NCBI GenBank assembly: GCA_038231135.1 | Contig: JBBRLX010000004.1 | Location: forward strand, 1 to 64,000 | Direction: 5' to 3' | DNA from: Candidatus Eiseniibacteriota bacterium | GTDB taxonomy: Bacteria; Eisenbacteria; RBG-16-71-46 | DNA: 64,000 bases | Part shown: piece by piece, positions 54,463 to 64,000 of the stretch | How positions within the stretch are numbered: position 1 is the stretch's first letter | How the letters are laid out: each line of letters begins with the position of its first letter | Notes under the pieces: generated by a model | Told to the model about the DNA's origin: nothing | The model's database searches: none | Seen by the model: only the letters and a program-made list of their open reading frames with translations | Position numbers and translations under genes: made by a program

Positions 54463-54576
54463 GGAAGCACCTCGTATGAAGTCTAACGTCGTGGCAGGCC
54501 GCGGGGCCGTCGGGTACCGGTCATGGATGGCTCGGCTCGTCGTTGCGCCCGGTTACCTTCGCCATTCGCCACCATG

Positions 54577-54605
54577 AGATACTGCCCGGCGCCCGAAAGG
54601 TTGCA
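54577..54605 (-). promoter_or_regulatory. Possible ECF-sigma promoter of the DUF4097 gene
   Basis: Minus strand TGCAACC-N16-GTATCT resembles ECF -35 AAC / -10 GT elements. Confidence 0.3.
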
Positions 54606-54638
54606 TCCCCAATTGCAGTTTCCCCCCGTGAGGCCCCA

Positions 54639-55448
54639 TTGAAGCTGTCCCGCCGGCTGCGCGTCGATCCCGATCGCAAGCTGTCCCTCCGCCACGTCGA
54701 ACCCCGGTCGCATCCCGGAATCCGGACCAAGGCCGAGGCGGAGGCGCAGCTCCAGAGGAGCCTCACGCGCCTCGACGAACTGCAGTTCGATCTCTATGCG
54801 GAGGGCCAGCGGTCGCTGCTGATCGTGCTGCAGGCGATGGACGCCGGCGGCAAGGACGGCACCATCCGCAAGCTCGCGATGGGACTCAACCCCCAGGGTT
54901 GCCTCGTGACGTCGTTCAAGGTGCCGTCCGACGAAGAGGCGGCGCACGATTTCCTGTGGCGCGTGCACCACGTGGCGCCCGAGCGGGGCGACGTGGGGAT
55001 CTTCAACCGCTCGCACTACGAGGACGTGCTCGTCGTGCGGGTGCACGACCTGGTGCCCAAGGCCGTGTGGTCACGCCGCTTTGACGAGATCAACGCGTTC
55101 GAGCACCAGCTCGCCGACAGCGGCACCCGCATCCTGAAGTTCTATCTGCACATCAGCCGCGACGAGCAGCGGCAGCGTTTGCAGGACCGCCTCGACGATC
55201 CCCGCAAGCGCTGGAAGTTCAAGCCCTCCGACCTCAAGGAGCGCGAGCACTGGGACGCCTACATGGACGCGTACGAGGATGCGCTGCGCAAGTGCAGCAC
55301 GCCGTGGGCGCCGTGGTTCGTGATCCCGGCCGACCGCAACTGGTATCGCAACTCCGCGGTCGCGCAGATCGTGGTGGAGGCGCTCGAGGACATGAATCCG
55401 AAGCCGCGCAAGGCGGACTTCGATCCCAGGTCGATCACGATCGTGTGA
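54639..55448 (+). CDS. ppk2: Polyphosphate kinase 2 family protein
   Basis: QAMDAGGKDG, SFKVPS.EE..HDFLWR, FNRSHYEDVL and PWFVIPAD motifs. TTG start is inferred. Confidence 0.92.
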   Translation: MKLSRRLRVDPDRKLSLRHVEPRSHPGIRTKAEAEAQLQRSLTRLDELQFDLYAEGQRSLLIVLQAMDAGGKDGTIRKLAMGLNPQGCLVTSFKVPSDEEAAHDFLWRVHHVAPERGDVGIFNRSHYEDVLVVRVHDLVPKAVWSRRFDEINAFEHQLADSGTRILKFYLHISRDEQRQRLQDRLDDPRKRWKFKPSDLKEREHWDAYMDAYEDALRKCSTPWAPWFVIPADRNWYRNSAVAQIVVEALEDMNPKPRKADFDPRSITIV

Positions 55449-55488
55449 TGTCGCGCGCAGCGCAGTCTGGGATATTCCCAGCCCGGCA

Positions 55489-57201
55489 TCAGCGCGCTTC
55501 GCGCACTCCGCGCACGTCGTAGAGCACGAGGCGCATCGGACCCGGCTCCACGTGCAGCAACCGGAAACCCGGCGGCGCGAGCGCCGGATCGAGCAGCATC
55601 GCGAGGCCGGGGCGCGTGGGCGCCGCCCAGCGTTCGTCGATCACGACCACGTCCGCCTGCGCGACCCGCACCCGGGCCGTGAGTGAATCGACGCCGCCAT
55701 CCGGCAGTTCGGCGATCAGGCCATCCGCATAGAACGGCACCCACGTCTTGCGCGACATCACGACCGGCCGGTCGTGCGGCGGCCCGGAGCGTGCGTCCGT
55801 GGGCGGCCCGGTGACGCGCAGGGCCGGCCATTCGCGACGCAGCCACTCGCCGGCGGCGCGGTGCTCGGGCGCCGATTCCATGAGCGGGTGAACCAGCGAG
55901 TAGCCGCCGCCCGCCACCACGAGTCCCGCGAGCAACACCGCGCCCACGAGCGTCCGTCGGGCCGGCGCGAACCAGCCGGCGATGGTTTCGATTCCCACGG
56001 CGGCGAGCCCGAGCAGCAGCGGCACGGACGGCACGAAGAATCGCCGGTCGAAGCCGAACGGCGCGTAGACCAGCGGCAGGGCGATCAGCGTCGCCGCGGC
56101 CGGCCACAGGTCGCGGCGCCCGAGCAGCGGCAGGCCGAACAGCGCGAACACGAACCAGGCCGGATAACTCGCGAGCGGAATTGATTCGACGAGGATGCGG
56201 CCGAGATTTCGGAGCGTGCGCCGCGCGATGAGCCCCGGTGCGGCGGCGACGAATCTCGCCACCTCGACCGGGGCCGCCGGCAGGGGATTCGCGAGCGCCG
56301 GACTGTCGAACACGCGCTCCGACAGCCGCGGGGGCTCGCCGAACCGCGCATTGTATTCGGTCTTGTACGCGCGCCAGAAGTTGTAGGCGCCCTTCTCGCC
56401 GAGCGTCACGTGACCCAGCTCCGCGCGCAGGAACACCAGCCACGGCGTGACGACGAGCGCCAGCCCCAGCAGCAGCGCCGGACGCAGCCGCCGCCGGCCC
56501 CCGGCGAGCGCCGAGCCGAGCCACGCGACCAGCGCGAGCGGCAGGCCCTCCGGGCGCGTGAGGTAGCCGAGGCCGAACGCCACGCCGGCGGCGAACTCCG
56601 CGTGAACGTCGCCGCGGCGCACCGCGCGTCCGAGCAGCACCAGTCCCGCGATCAGCAGCGCGCAGAACGTCATCTCGGTGAGCGCTGCCGCCGAATACTG
56701 CACGAGCCGCGGATGGAACGCCGCGAGCGCGAGCGCCGCGAGCGCGGTGCGCTCGGTCGTGTGGTCGCGCATCCAGTCGTACAGCAGCATGAGCAGCAGG
56801 CCGCCCGCGAGCCACGACACGCAGCGCGCGGCGAATTCGACCGTGGGCGGGTCGAGCCGGTGCAGCAGCGCCGCCGGCGCCAGGACGAGCGCGATGCCGG
56901 CGGGATAGCCCGGCGGCCACACCGTGCTCAGCGCCGGGGTCCCGCCACGCCACCACGCGGCCGCGAGTCCGGCGTAATAGGCGCCGTCGTGCTCGATCAC
57001 CCCGGCACGCAGCGCGACCACCGCGCGCAGCGCCATGCCTCCCGCGATGATCCATCGCGCGGGGGCAGGGGAGGCGACGGGCTCGGACAGGCGGATCCTC
57101 GATTCGCGGTTGGCGGCGGGCCCGCGCCAGCGTACCCTCGCGCGATGCGCGGCCGACCGAACGCGGATACCACCCTTTATAACAGGTTCGTGGTCCGCCA
57201 C
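55489..57201 (-). CDS. GT-C fold glycosyltransferase (ArnT/PMT_2-like); start uncertain
   Basis: HDGAYY, WPPGYP, LTE, TRPEG and RFFVP motifs; multiple TM segments. Confidence 0.8.
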   Translation of the reverse strand: MADHEPVIKGGIRVRSAAHRARVRWRGPAANRESRIRLSEPVASPAPARWIIAGGMALRAVVALRAGVIEHDGAYYAGLAAAWWRGGTPALSTVWPPGYPAGIALVLAPAALLHRLDPPTVEFAARCVSWLAGGLLLMLLYDWMRDHTTERTALAALALAAFHPRLVQYSAAALTEMTFCALLIAGLVLLGRAVRRGDVHAEFAAGVAFGLGYLTRPEGLPLALVAWLGSALAGGRRRLRPALLLGLALVVTPWLVFLRAELGHVTLGEKGAYNFWRAYKTEYNARFGEPPRLSERVFDSPALANPLPAAPVEVARFVAAAPGLIARRTLRNLGRILVESIPLASYPAWFVFALFGLPLLGRRDLWPAAATLIALPLVYAPFGFDRRFFVPSVPLLLGLAAVGIETIAGWFAPARRTLVGAVLLAGLVVAGGGYSLVHPLMESAPEHRAAGEWLRREWPALRVTGPPTDARSGPPHDRPVVMSRKTWVPFYADGLIAELPDGGVDSLTARVRVAQADVVVIDERWAAPTRPGLAMLLDPALAPPGFRLLHVEPGPMRLVLYDVRGVREAR

Positions 57202-57275
57202 CCCATGCCGCTGCCACCGGGGACGGCCCTCGAGCCCGAATGCCGCCTCGCCGCCCGTGCCGGGATCCCGGCACG

Positions 57276-57809
57276 ATGACGCGCGTGCGTCCGCCCCGCG
57301 CCGCGGACAGCCGGCGGCCGGTGCTGGGCTTCCTCGCCCGCTGCCTCGGCTACTGGGCGGTGGCGCTGCTCGTGCTCGGCCGGGTGCCGCAGGTGGAGAC
57401 GGCGGGCATCGCGGTCACGGTCGTCACCGTCGCGAGGCTGTTCGGACTCATGGGCCGGCACATCGTGCGCCAGGGCAACTCGCTGTTCGTGGACGGCCGC
57501 GGCGTGAGCGTCGTCGGCGACTGCAGCCCGCACGTCGCGTTCCTCATATACGCCGCCGTCGTGCTGGCGTTCCCGTCGAACTGGCGCCAGCGCGGACTCG
57601 GCCTGCTGTTCGGAGCCGTCGTGATCATGATCTTCAACACCGCACGGATCGCGCTGCTGATCCAGACCCTGATCTGGCGGCCGGACTGGTTCGAGTTCGC
57701 GCACGTCTACCTGTGGCAGACCGGCACCGTGTTCGTCCTGTTCGCAACGTTTGCACTGTGGCTGCGTTGGGTCGGCCCGGCGCGCCCCGCGGTACGCGCC
57801 CGGGCGTGA
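57276..57809 (+). CDS. Exosortase/archaeosortase family protein (XrtH-like)
   Basis: Cys-Arg-His triad context VSVVGDC, FNTARI and FAHVYLWQ; AAVVLAFP motif. Confidence 0.8.
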   Translation: MTRVRPPRAADSRRPVLGFLARCLGYWAVALLVLGRVPQVETAGIAVTVVTVARLFGLMGRHIVRQGNSLFVDGRGVSVVGDCSPHVAFLIYAAVVLAFPSNWRQRGLGLLFGAVVIMIFNTARIALLIQTLIWRPDWFEFAHVYLWQTGTVFVLFATFALWLRWVGPARPAVRARA

Positions 57810-58255
57810 ACTTCCTGCTGCGGTTCGCCGCGTGGGCGACACTCGCGTTCCTGGCCGCCTGGGTGCTGCACCCGGCGTGGCAGCACGCCGTGGGATTGGC
57901 CGGGGCGCGGCTCGCGGCGCCGCCGGGGCAGGAAATCGAGATCGTCGACCTCGAGCTGTTCTATCCGTTCGACCTCGGCGTGTTTGCGGCATTGTGTATT
58001 GCGAGCGACTGGGCGACGCGCGGCCGCCGGCTCAAGGCGATCGCGATCGGCCTGCCGCTGCTCGCGATCGTCGAGGTGCTGTCGCTGGTGGTGGCGTTCC
58101 GCGTCATGATGGCGCCGGGCGACGCCGAGGCGGCCTCGCGGTTCGCCAATGCCGTGATCCGGGTGTCCGGGCTCGTAGCGGCACTGGCAGCATGGCTCGT
58201 CCTGCTCGGACGCGAGCGGCTGTCCCTCGCGTCGCGACAATGGCTCGGCAGCTGA
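57806..58255 (+). CDS. Exosortase-associated membrane protein
   Basis: GTGA overlap with the exosortase stop. FLLRF..W...F..W and four TM segments. Confidence 0.65.
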   Translation: MNFLLRFAAWATLAFLAAWVLHPAWQHAVGLAGARLAAPPGQEIEIVDLELFYPFDLGVFAALCIASDWATRGRRLKAIAIGLPLLAIVEVLSLVVAFRVMMAPGDAEAASRFANAVIRVSGLVAALAAWLVLLGRERLSLASRQWLGS

Positions 58256-58268
58256 CACGGAGGACCGG

Positions 58269-58778
58269 ATGAACCCCGAACTTCAGACGTTGGTCGATCG
58301 CATCGAATGGCTCGAGCAGCACGGGCGCGGCCAGCGCTGGACCGCAATCCTGGCACTCGTCGCGGCGCTGGCCGCGATCGCGGTGAGTGTCGGCCTCGAA
58401 ACCCGGCGCGCGGCGCCGCTCGAACCGGAGGGCGGCGGACGCTTCTCGACGATCGCGGCGAACCGCATCCTGCTGCGCGACGCCGATGGCCGCGTGGCGG
58501 GCGGCTTCGAAGTCGATCGCAACGGCACGGTGCGGCTGGTGCTGGGCCGGACCGGCGACAGCAGCTCGGTACGGCTCGAAGCCCAGCGCAACGGCATCTC
58601 GCACCTCACGCTGCAGGGCGTCGGCGGTGAACCGCTCGCCGCGCTCGTCGGTTCGCGCCAGCCCGGGCTCACACTCGGCGGCCCCGGCCTCGGCAACTCG
58701 TCGCTGACCGCGGACGACGCCAGCGGGCTGCTCGTCATCCGCGACGTGCAGGGGCGCCTGCGATTCCGCGCGCCCTGA
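58269..58778 (+). CDS. Membrane-anchored hypothetical protein (coiled N-terminus, TM, beta-rich domain)
   Basis: GGAGG RBS. L..RI..LE, TM, then A.RI.LRDADG and D..G..R repeats. Confidence 0.75.
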   Translation: MNPELQTLVDRIEWLEQHGRGQRWTAILALVAALAAIAVSVGLETRRAAPLEPEGGGRFSTIAANRILLRDADGRVAGGFEVDRNGTVRLVLGRTGDSSSVRLEAQRNGISHLTLQGVGGEPLAALVGSRQPGLTLGGPGLGNSSLTADDASGLLVIRDVQGRLRFRAP

Positions 58779-58951
58779 GGGCGGGGCACGGGGGGGGACA
58801 GGCGCGGATCGCGTTGCGACCGGAGCGCCGGCAGCGCCGGCGGCGCGCCACCATGATGGCCGCCGCAGTTTCTCGCCGCGGCGCGGCGCTGCTAGAGTCC
58901 TCGTTCGCTCACCATTATCCCGCCCCCCACTCGCACAGGACACGATCGCTC

Positions 58952-59410
58952 ATGCGCAAACCCAGCCAGGCCGACGCGGAATTGCTGCTCCGACTGTACG
59001 AGATCCGCCGTGATCCGGAACTCCGGCGCGCTCGCCAGTGGTTTCTCACCGACTTCCAGCCGAGCGGCTGGATGGAGATCAAGCTGCGCTACCTGTCGCA
59101 CACCGAGGAGGACCGGCACTTCCGCATGACCACGTCGTACTGGGAGATGGTCGGCACGCTGGTGAACCGCGGCGTGCTGCACGCCGAGCTGTTCTTCGAC
59201 CATACCGGCGAGGACATCGTCACCTGGGAACGCTGCAAACCGTGGATCGCCGAAGCGCGCGCGGACATCCGCCCCACCTATCTGTACCAGTTCGAGCGCA
59301 TGGTGGCTGCGCATCAGGCGTTCCGCGTCCGCACCATCGCGGCGTATCGGGCCGTCCGGTCCGGCAGCGGCGCCCGCGGCGTGACCCGGAAACCCGCGAA
59401 GAAGAAGTAG
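58952..59410 (+). CDS. DUF4760-like protein
   Basis: DAELLLRLYEIRRDPELRRAR.W and RM.TSYWEM motifs. Confidence 0.75.
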   Translation: MRKPSQADAELLLRLYEIRRDPELRRARQWFLTDFQPSGWMEIKLRYLSHTEEDRHFRMTTSYWEMVGTLVNRGVLHAELFFDHTGEDIVTWERCKPWIAEARADIRPTYLYQFERMVAAHQAFRVRTIAAYRAVRSGSGARGVTRKPAKKK

Positions 59411-59414
59411 CGGC

Positions 59415-60476
59415 ATGTCGTCGCGCTTCGGCGAGTTGTTCGCGGTCACCACGTTCGGGGAGTCGCATGGTCCCGCCGTCGGCGTGGTGGTCGACGGCAT
59501 GCCGCCCGGCATCGCGATCGACCCGGCCGCCGTGCAGCGGGAACTCGACCGCCGCCGTCCGGGCCAGAGCGCGCTCACCACGCAGCGCCAGGAGAGCGAC
59601 ACCGTCGAGATCCTGAGCGGCATCTTCGAAGGCGTGAGCCTCGGCACGCCGATCGCGATGCTGGTGCGCAACACCGACGCGAAATCGCAGGACTACGACG
59701 CGCTGCGCGAGGTGTACCGGCCGGGGCACGCGGACCTGGTGTACGAGCGCAAGTACGGCGTCCGCGATCACCGTGGCGGGGGCCGGTCGTCGGGACGCGA
59801 GACCGTCGGCCGCGTCGCCGCCGGCGCGCTCGCGAAGTTCGCGCTCGCCACCGTCGGCGTGAGCATCGTCGGCGGCACGGTGCAGGTGGGAGACGTCAAG
59901 GCCGCGCGGCGCGACTGGAACGCGACCGAGCAGAACCCGGTGCGCTGCCCCGACGCCGAAGCCGCCGTGCTCATGGCGGCGCGCATCACCGCCGCCCGCG
60001 ACGCCAGGGACTCGGTGGGCGGCGTGGTCGAGGTCGTGGCGCGGGGGGTGCCCGCCGGCTGGGGCGATCCGACGATGGCGAAGCTCGACGCGATGCTCGG
60101 CGCCGCGATGCTGTCGATCCCCGCCACCAAGGGCGTCGAGATCGGCGGCGGCTTCGACATGGCGGCGCGGGCGGGCTCCGAGACCAACGACGTGTTCGAC
60201 GGCGATCGGTTCCTCACGAACTGGGCGGGCGGGATCGCGGGCGGCATTTCGAACGGCGCCGAGGTCGTGGTGCGGGTCGCGGTGCGGCCGGCGACGTCGA
60301 TCGGCAAGCCGCAGACCGCCGCCACGCGCGCCGGCGGCACGACCACGATCGCGATCGAGGGCCGGCACGATCCGTGCATCTGCCCGCGGGTCGTGCCGGT
60401 GGCCGAGAGCATGATGGCGATCGTGCTCGCGAACGCCTGGCTGCGCCAGCGGGCGCTGCGCGGGCGCGAAGCGTGA
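59415..60476 (+). CDS. aroC: Chorismate synthase
   Basis: TTFGESHG, RRRPGQS, RPGHAD, GGGRSSGRET, GGISNG and GRHDPC motifs. Confidence 0.96.
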   Translation: MSSRFGELFAVTTFGESHGPAVGVVVDGMPPGIAIDPAAVQRELDRRRPGQSALTTQRQESDTVEILSGIFEGVSLGTPIAMLVRNTDAKSQDYDALREVYRPGHADLVYERKYGVRDHRGGGRSSGRETVGRVAAGALAKFALATVGVSIVGGTVQVGDVKAARRDWNATEQNPVRCPDAEAAVLMAARITAARDARDSVGGVVEVVARGVPAGWGDPTMAKLDAMLGAAMLSIPATKGVEIGGGFDMAARAGSETNDVFDGDRFLTNWAGGIAGGISNGAEVVVRVAVRPATSIGKPQTAATRAGGTTTIAIEGRHDPCICPRVVPVAESMMAIVLANAWLRQRALRGREA

Positions 60477-60557
60477 GCGGCCGCCGCCGATCCTGGTCCC
60501 GCTCGTGCGCCCCTCGGTCCCCGCGCTGCCGCACGCCGCTTCCGGGCGGAGCCTGAC

Positions 60558-61571
60558 GTGCTCGTGCTCCTTCACAAGGGCGTGCCGGAAACCGTCGCGA
60601 GCGACGTGGCGGCGCGGTTGCGCATGCTCGGCCTGTCGGTGCACCGCACCGAATACGACGGGCAGACCCGGCTCGGCGCGGTCGGCGACCTGTCGCATGT
60701 CGACTGGCAGGAGGTCGGCGGCTGGCCCGGCGTCGCCGAGGCGCGGCGCATCCCTGTGTCGTTCAAGCTCGTCAGCCGCGCGTTCCATCCCCACGACACC
60801 GTGGTCACCGTGGGCCGCTGCGCGATCGGCAGCGATCAGCTGGCGATCATCGCGGGCCCGTGCGCGGTGGAGGGCGAGGACCAGGCGATGACGATCGCCG
60901 CCGCGGTCGCGGGCGCCGGCGCCACGCTGATGCGCGGCGGCGCCTACAAGCCGCGGACCTCGCCGTATTCGTTCCAGGGCCTGGGCGAGGAGGGACTCCG
61001 GATCCTGCGCCGCGCCGCCGACGCCCACGGCCTCGCGGTGGTGAGCGAGGTGATGGACACCCAGCAGGTGCCGCTGCTCGCGCGCTACGCCGACGTGCTG
61101 CAGATCGGCGCGCGCAACATGCAGAACTATTCGCTGTTACGCGAGGTCGGCCAGATCGACAAGCCGGTGCTGCTCAAGCGCGGCCTCGCCTCGACGATCG
61201 AGGAATGGCTGATGAGCGCCGAGCACATCGTGTCGCAGGGCAACCACCAGGTGATCCTGTGCGAGCGCGGCATCCGCACGTTCGAGACCTACACCCGCAA
61301 TACGCTCGACCTGAACGCGATCCCGGTGGTGAAGGAGCTGTCGCACCTGCCGGTCATCGTCGACCCGTCGCACGGCACCGGCATCCGCAACAAGGTCGGG
61401 CCGATGGCGCGCGCCGCGATCGCCGCCGGCGCGGACGGCCTGATGATCGAGGTGCACAACGATCCCGACCGCGCGCTGTCCGACGGCGCCCAGTCGCTCT
61501 ACCCGGAGCAGTTCCGCGAGCTGGTCGCGCAGATCCGCACGATTGCCGCGGTGGTGGGCCGCCGGGTCTAG
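60558..61571 (+). CDS. aroF: DAHP synthase type I-beta with N-terminal regulatory domain
   Basis: [41 protein letters not shown] and DPSHGTG motifs. Confidence 0.95.
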   Translation: MLVLLHKGVPETVASDVAARLRMLGLSVHRTEYDGQTRLGAVGDLSHVDWQEVGGWPGVAEARRIPVSFKLVSRAFHPHDTVVTVGRCAIGSDQLAIIAGPCAVEGEDQAMTIAAAVAGAGATLMRGGAYKPRTSPYSFQGLGEEGLRILRRAADAHGLAVVSEVMDTQQVPLLARYADVLQIGARNMQNYSLLREVGQIDKPVLLKRGLASTIEEWLMSAEHIVSQGNHQVILCERGIRTFETYTRNTLDLNAIPVVKELSHLPVIVDPSHGTGIRNKVGPMARAAIAAGADGLMIEVHNDPDRALSDGAQSLYPEQFRELVAQIRTIAAVVGRRV

Positions 61572-61619
61572 CCGGCTGAACGGTCCGAGGCCAACCGCGG
61601 ACGGTGCTACCTTCATGGC

Positions 61620-62573
61620 ATGCCACCCGCTGGCGTGGAAGAGCTGCTCGCCGGCAGCTGCGCGGGGTGTTCGGCCCCGGCGTCGATCGTGCTCGACTCC
61701 GTGCAACTGCTGCAGTCCGACAGCGTCGGCTACAACCCGGTCATCGTGCCGCGCCATCTCAACGGTCGAATCTACTGGCAGCGGGTGACCGCGCCGGGTC
61801 CGGTGATCACGTCGTTCTCGCCCGCGGGCGGCCCGCCCGGCACCGTCGTGCGCCTGCACGGCACCGGATTCACCAGCACGTCGCGGGTGGCGTTCGGGAA
61901 CGTCACGGCGGCGTTCTCGGTGATGGCGGATTCCATCCTCGATGCGACGGCACCCGCCTCCGCGTCCACCGCGCCCATCCAGGCGACCAACGCATTCGCC
62001 TCGGGCTCGAGCGACAGCGACTTCGTGCAACCGCCGGTAGTGAACTCGTTCGTTCCGGCCCAGGCGCCCACCGGGCACGCCGTCTATCTGTGGGGCCGCG
62101 AGTTGCTGCACATCCGCAGCGTGACGTTCGCCGGCGCGGCCGCTGCGTTCGCCATGCGCTCCGACACGTCGCTCGCGGCCACAGTTCCCGCGGGGGCATC
62201 GGACGGTCCGATCGTCGTGACGAATCCCGGCGGGACCGCGACGACCGGCACGTTCCATGTGGGGCCGGTCACCGCGGTCGGCGATCCGATCGGCGATGGA
62301 GTGTCGCTCGGCGCCGCGGCTCCGAACCCGTTCGCGGGCAGCACGCGCTGGACGCTGAGTCTGCCGGCGCGCACGCACGTGGCGGGGATGATCCTCGACG
62401 CGCGTGGAGCGCGGGTGACGGGATTGATCGACGCCGACTGGAGCGCCGGACGCCATTCGATCGTGTGGGAGGGACGTGATACGCACGGCGCCCACGTACG
62501 GCCAGGCGTGTATTTCCTGCGTATCGATGCCGGCTCCCGTTCGTGGCGGCGCACCGTCATCGTGCTGCGATAG
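61620..62573 (+). CDS. IPT/TIG-repeat protein with FlgD-like C-terminal domain, probably 5'-truncated
   Basis: Two P.I.SF.P...G..V...G IPT repeats and PNPF..WEGRD..G..VRPGVYF. No signal peptide. Confidence 0.65.
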   Translation: MPPAGVEELLAGSCAGCSAPASIVLDSVQLLQSDSVGYNPVIVPRHLNGRIYWQRVTAPGPVITSFSPAGGPPGTVVRLHGTGFTSTSRVAFGNVTAAFSVMADSILDATAPASASTAPIQATNAFASGSSDSDFVQPPVVNSFVPAQAPTGHAVYLWGRELLHIRSVTFAGAAAAFAMRSDTSLAATVPAGASDGPIVVTNPGGTATTGTFHVGPVTAVGDPIGDGVSLGAAAPNPFAGSTRWTLSLPARTHVAGMILDARGARVTGLIDADWSAGRHSIVWEGRDTHGAHVRPGVYFLRIDAGSRSWRRTVIVLR

Positions 62574-62597
62574 TACGTCGCAAAGTCTGCCCGTGCC

Positions 62598-62626
62598 TTG
62601 ACACCCCCGCCGCGATCCGGCTTAAT
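62598..62626 (+). promoter_or_regulatory. Putative tRNA promoter
   Basis: Perfect TTGACA, 17-nt spacer and a weak CTTAAT -10, just upstream of the tRNA. Confidence 0.4.
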
Positions 62627-62638
62627 CCTGCGCCTCGC

Positions 62639-62714
62639 GGGCGATTAGCTCAGCTGGTAGAGCACTTGCTCGACAAGCAAGGGGTCACTGGTTCAAGTCC
62701 AGTATCGCCCACCA
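62639..62714 (+). tRNA. tRNA-Val (GAC)
   Basis: Cloverleaf with GGGCGAT/ATCGCCC acceptor, GCTC/GAGC D-arm, CTTGC-TCGACAA-GCAAG anticodon arm, GGTTCAAGTCC T-arm and encoded CCA. Confidence 0.95.
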
Positions 62715-62863
62715 TTCCCGTCACGGCGCGGCGCATCCGTTGGAGCGCGGCGGAATGCGTTCCGGCGATCGCCTGCCGCCGCCCGCGTCCGCCTTCCCAC
62801 CGGGGCTCGCGCGGCAACCGCGGCGCCGGACACGCGCACCGCACCTAGGAGTCGGCCTTGTCC

Positions 62864-64000
62864 ATGGCGACCACGTCCGAAGACCGGCCCGATGTCGTCC
62901 ACTACCCGGGCGGCGAAGCGCTGTATCGCCTGCGCCACTCTGCGGCCCATGTACTCGCGACCGCGGTCACCGAGCTGTTCCCGGACGTGAAGGTCGCGGG
63001 CGGCCCGCCGATCGAGAACGGGTTCTACTACGACTTCGCGAAGGACACGCCGTTCACGCCCGAGGATCTCGAGCGCATCGAGGCGCGCATGCGCGAGATC
63101 GTGGCGGCGCAGCAGCCGATTGAATACCGTGAGACCACGCGCGACGAGGCTCGAGCGCGCTTCGAGAAGACGGGAGAGAAGTACAAGCTCCACTTCCTGT
63201 CGATGATCCCCGAGGGCGCCAAGGTCACGTACTACGTGAACGGCGAGTTCGTCGACCTGTGCCGCGGCCCGCACGTCGCGACGACCGGCGATCTCGCGGC
63301 GTTCAAGCTCACCCACAACGCCGGCGCCTACTGGCTGGGCAACGAACGCAACGAGATGCTGCAGCGCATCTACGGCACCGCGTTCGCCACCACGGCCGAG
63401 CTGGACGAGCACCTGCAGCGCATCGAGGAGTCGCTCAAGCGCGATCACCGGCGGCTCGGCAAGGACCTCGAGCTGTACTCGATCCACGACGAGGTGGGCT
63501 CCGGGCTCATCCACTGGCACCCGCATGGCGGCATGGTGCGGCACCTGATGGAGGTGTTCTGGAAGGAGGAGCACCTCAAGCGCGGCTACCAGTTCGTCTA
63601 TACGCCGCACCTGGCGAGCGAGAAGCTCTACGCGATCTCCGGCCACCTGCAGAACTATGCCGAACTGATGTACTCGCCGATGGACATCGACGGCCAGCCC
63701 TACCGGGTCAAGCCGATGAACTGTCCGGGGCACATCATGATCTACACCACCCGCCGCCACAGCTATCGCGAGCTGCCGATCCGCATGGCGGAGCTGGGTA
63801 CGGTGTATCGCTACGAGCGCAGCGGCGTGCTGCACGGCATGGAGCGCGTGCGCGGCTTCACGCAGGACGACTCGCACATCTTCTGCACCCGCGAGCAGCT
63901 CGCCGGCGAGGTGGAGGGGATCCTCGACCTGATGGATTTCCTGCTCAAGACCTACGGCTACGAATACGTGGCGTTCCTCGCCACCCGGCCGGCCGAGAAC
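62864..64000 (+). CDS. thrS: Threonyl-tRNA synthetase (runs off the window end)
   Basis: LRHSAAH, GPPIENGFYYDF, DLCRGPH, LQRIYGT, RDHRRLG, KPMNCPGH, YRYERSG and RVRGFTQDD motifs. Confidence 0.96.
   Translation, partial: MATTSEDRPDVVHYPGGEALYRLRHSAAHVLATAVTELFPDVKVAGGPPIENGFYYDFAKDTPFTPEDLERIEARMREIVAAQQPIEYRETTRDEARARFEKTGEKYKLHFLSMIPEGAKVTYYVNGEFVDLCRGPHVATTGDLAAFKLTHNAGAYWLGNERNEMLQRIYGTAFATTAELDEHLQRIEESLKRDHRRLGKDLELYSIHDEVGSGLIHWHPHGGMVRHLMEVFWKEEHLKRGYQFVYTPHLASEKLYAISGHLQNYAELMYSPMDIDGQPYRVKPMNCPGHIMIYTTRRHSYRELPIRMAELGTVYRYERSGVLHGMERVRGFTQDDSHIFCTREQLAGEVEGILDLMDFLLKTYGYEYVAFLATRPAEN

Noticed and set aside
62693..63877. 394-aa minus-strand ORF
   Set aside because: Antisense to thrS.

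Overview
GC-rich bacterial chromosomal window. The many secreted proteins ending in a FlgD-like Ig domain suggest an FCB-group candidate lineage such as Ca. Eisenbacteria, but this is inference only. Housekeeping or common genes: maeB, 5'-3' exonuclease, DEAD-box helicase, csp, ribA, ppk2, aroC, aroF, tRNA-Val(GAC) and a partial thrS. There are also two MFS transporters, two hybrid histidine kinases, a Doc/AbrB toxin-antitoxin pair, and decayed remnants (IS1380, IS256, a likely group IIC intron 5' end, several gene fragments). Five things stand out. (1) A coupled FHA / PP2C-beta-helix / non-RD Ser/Thr kinase-TPR / RodA-PBP fusion / FHA operon, with two coupled mini-ORFs and a shared DTRxTL motif. 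(2) A secreted FlgD-tailed protein that appears to carry short segments resembling unrelated families (Hcp tail, Flp pilin, DUF11, RESPT motif). (3) A large secreted protein with three Cys-rich repeats. (4) A TonB receptor-YfiR-hybrid kinase signalling trio. (5) An exosortase-H-like pair beside GT-C glycosyltransferases, with no visible substrate. All family assignments come from motif recognition by eye; no database searches were run.
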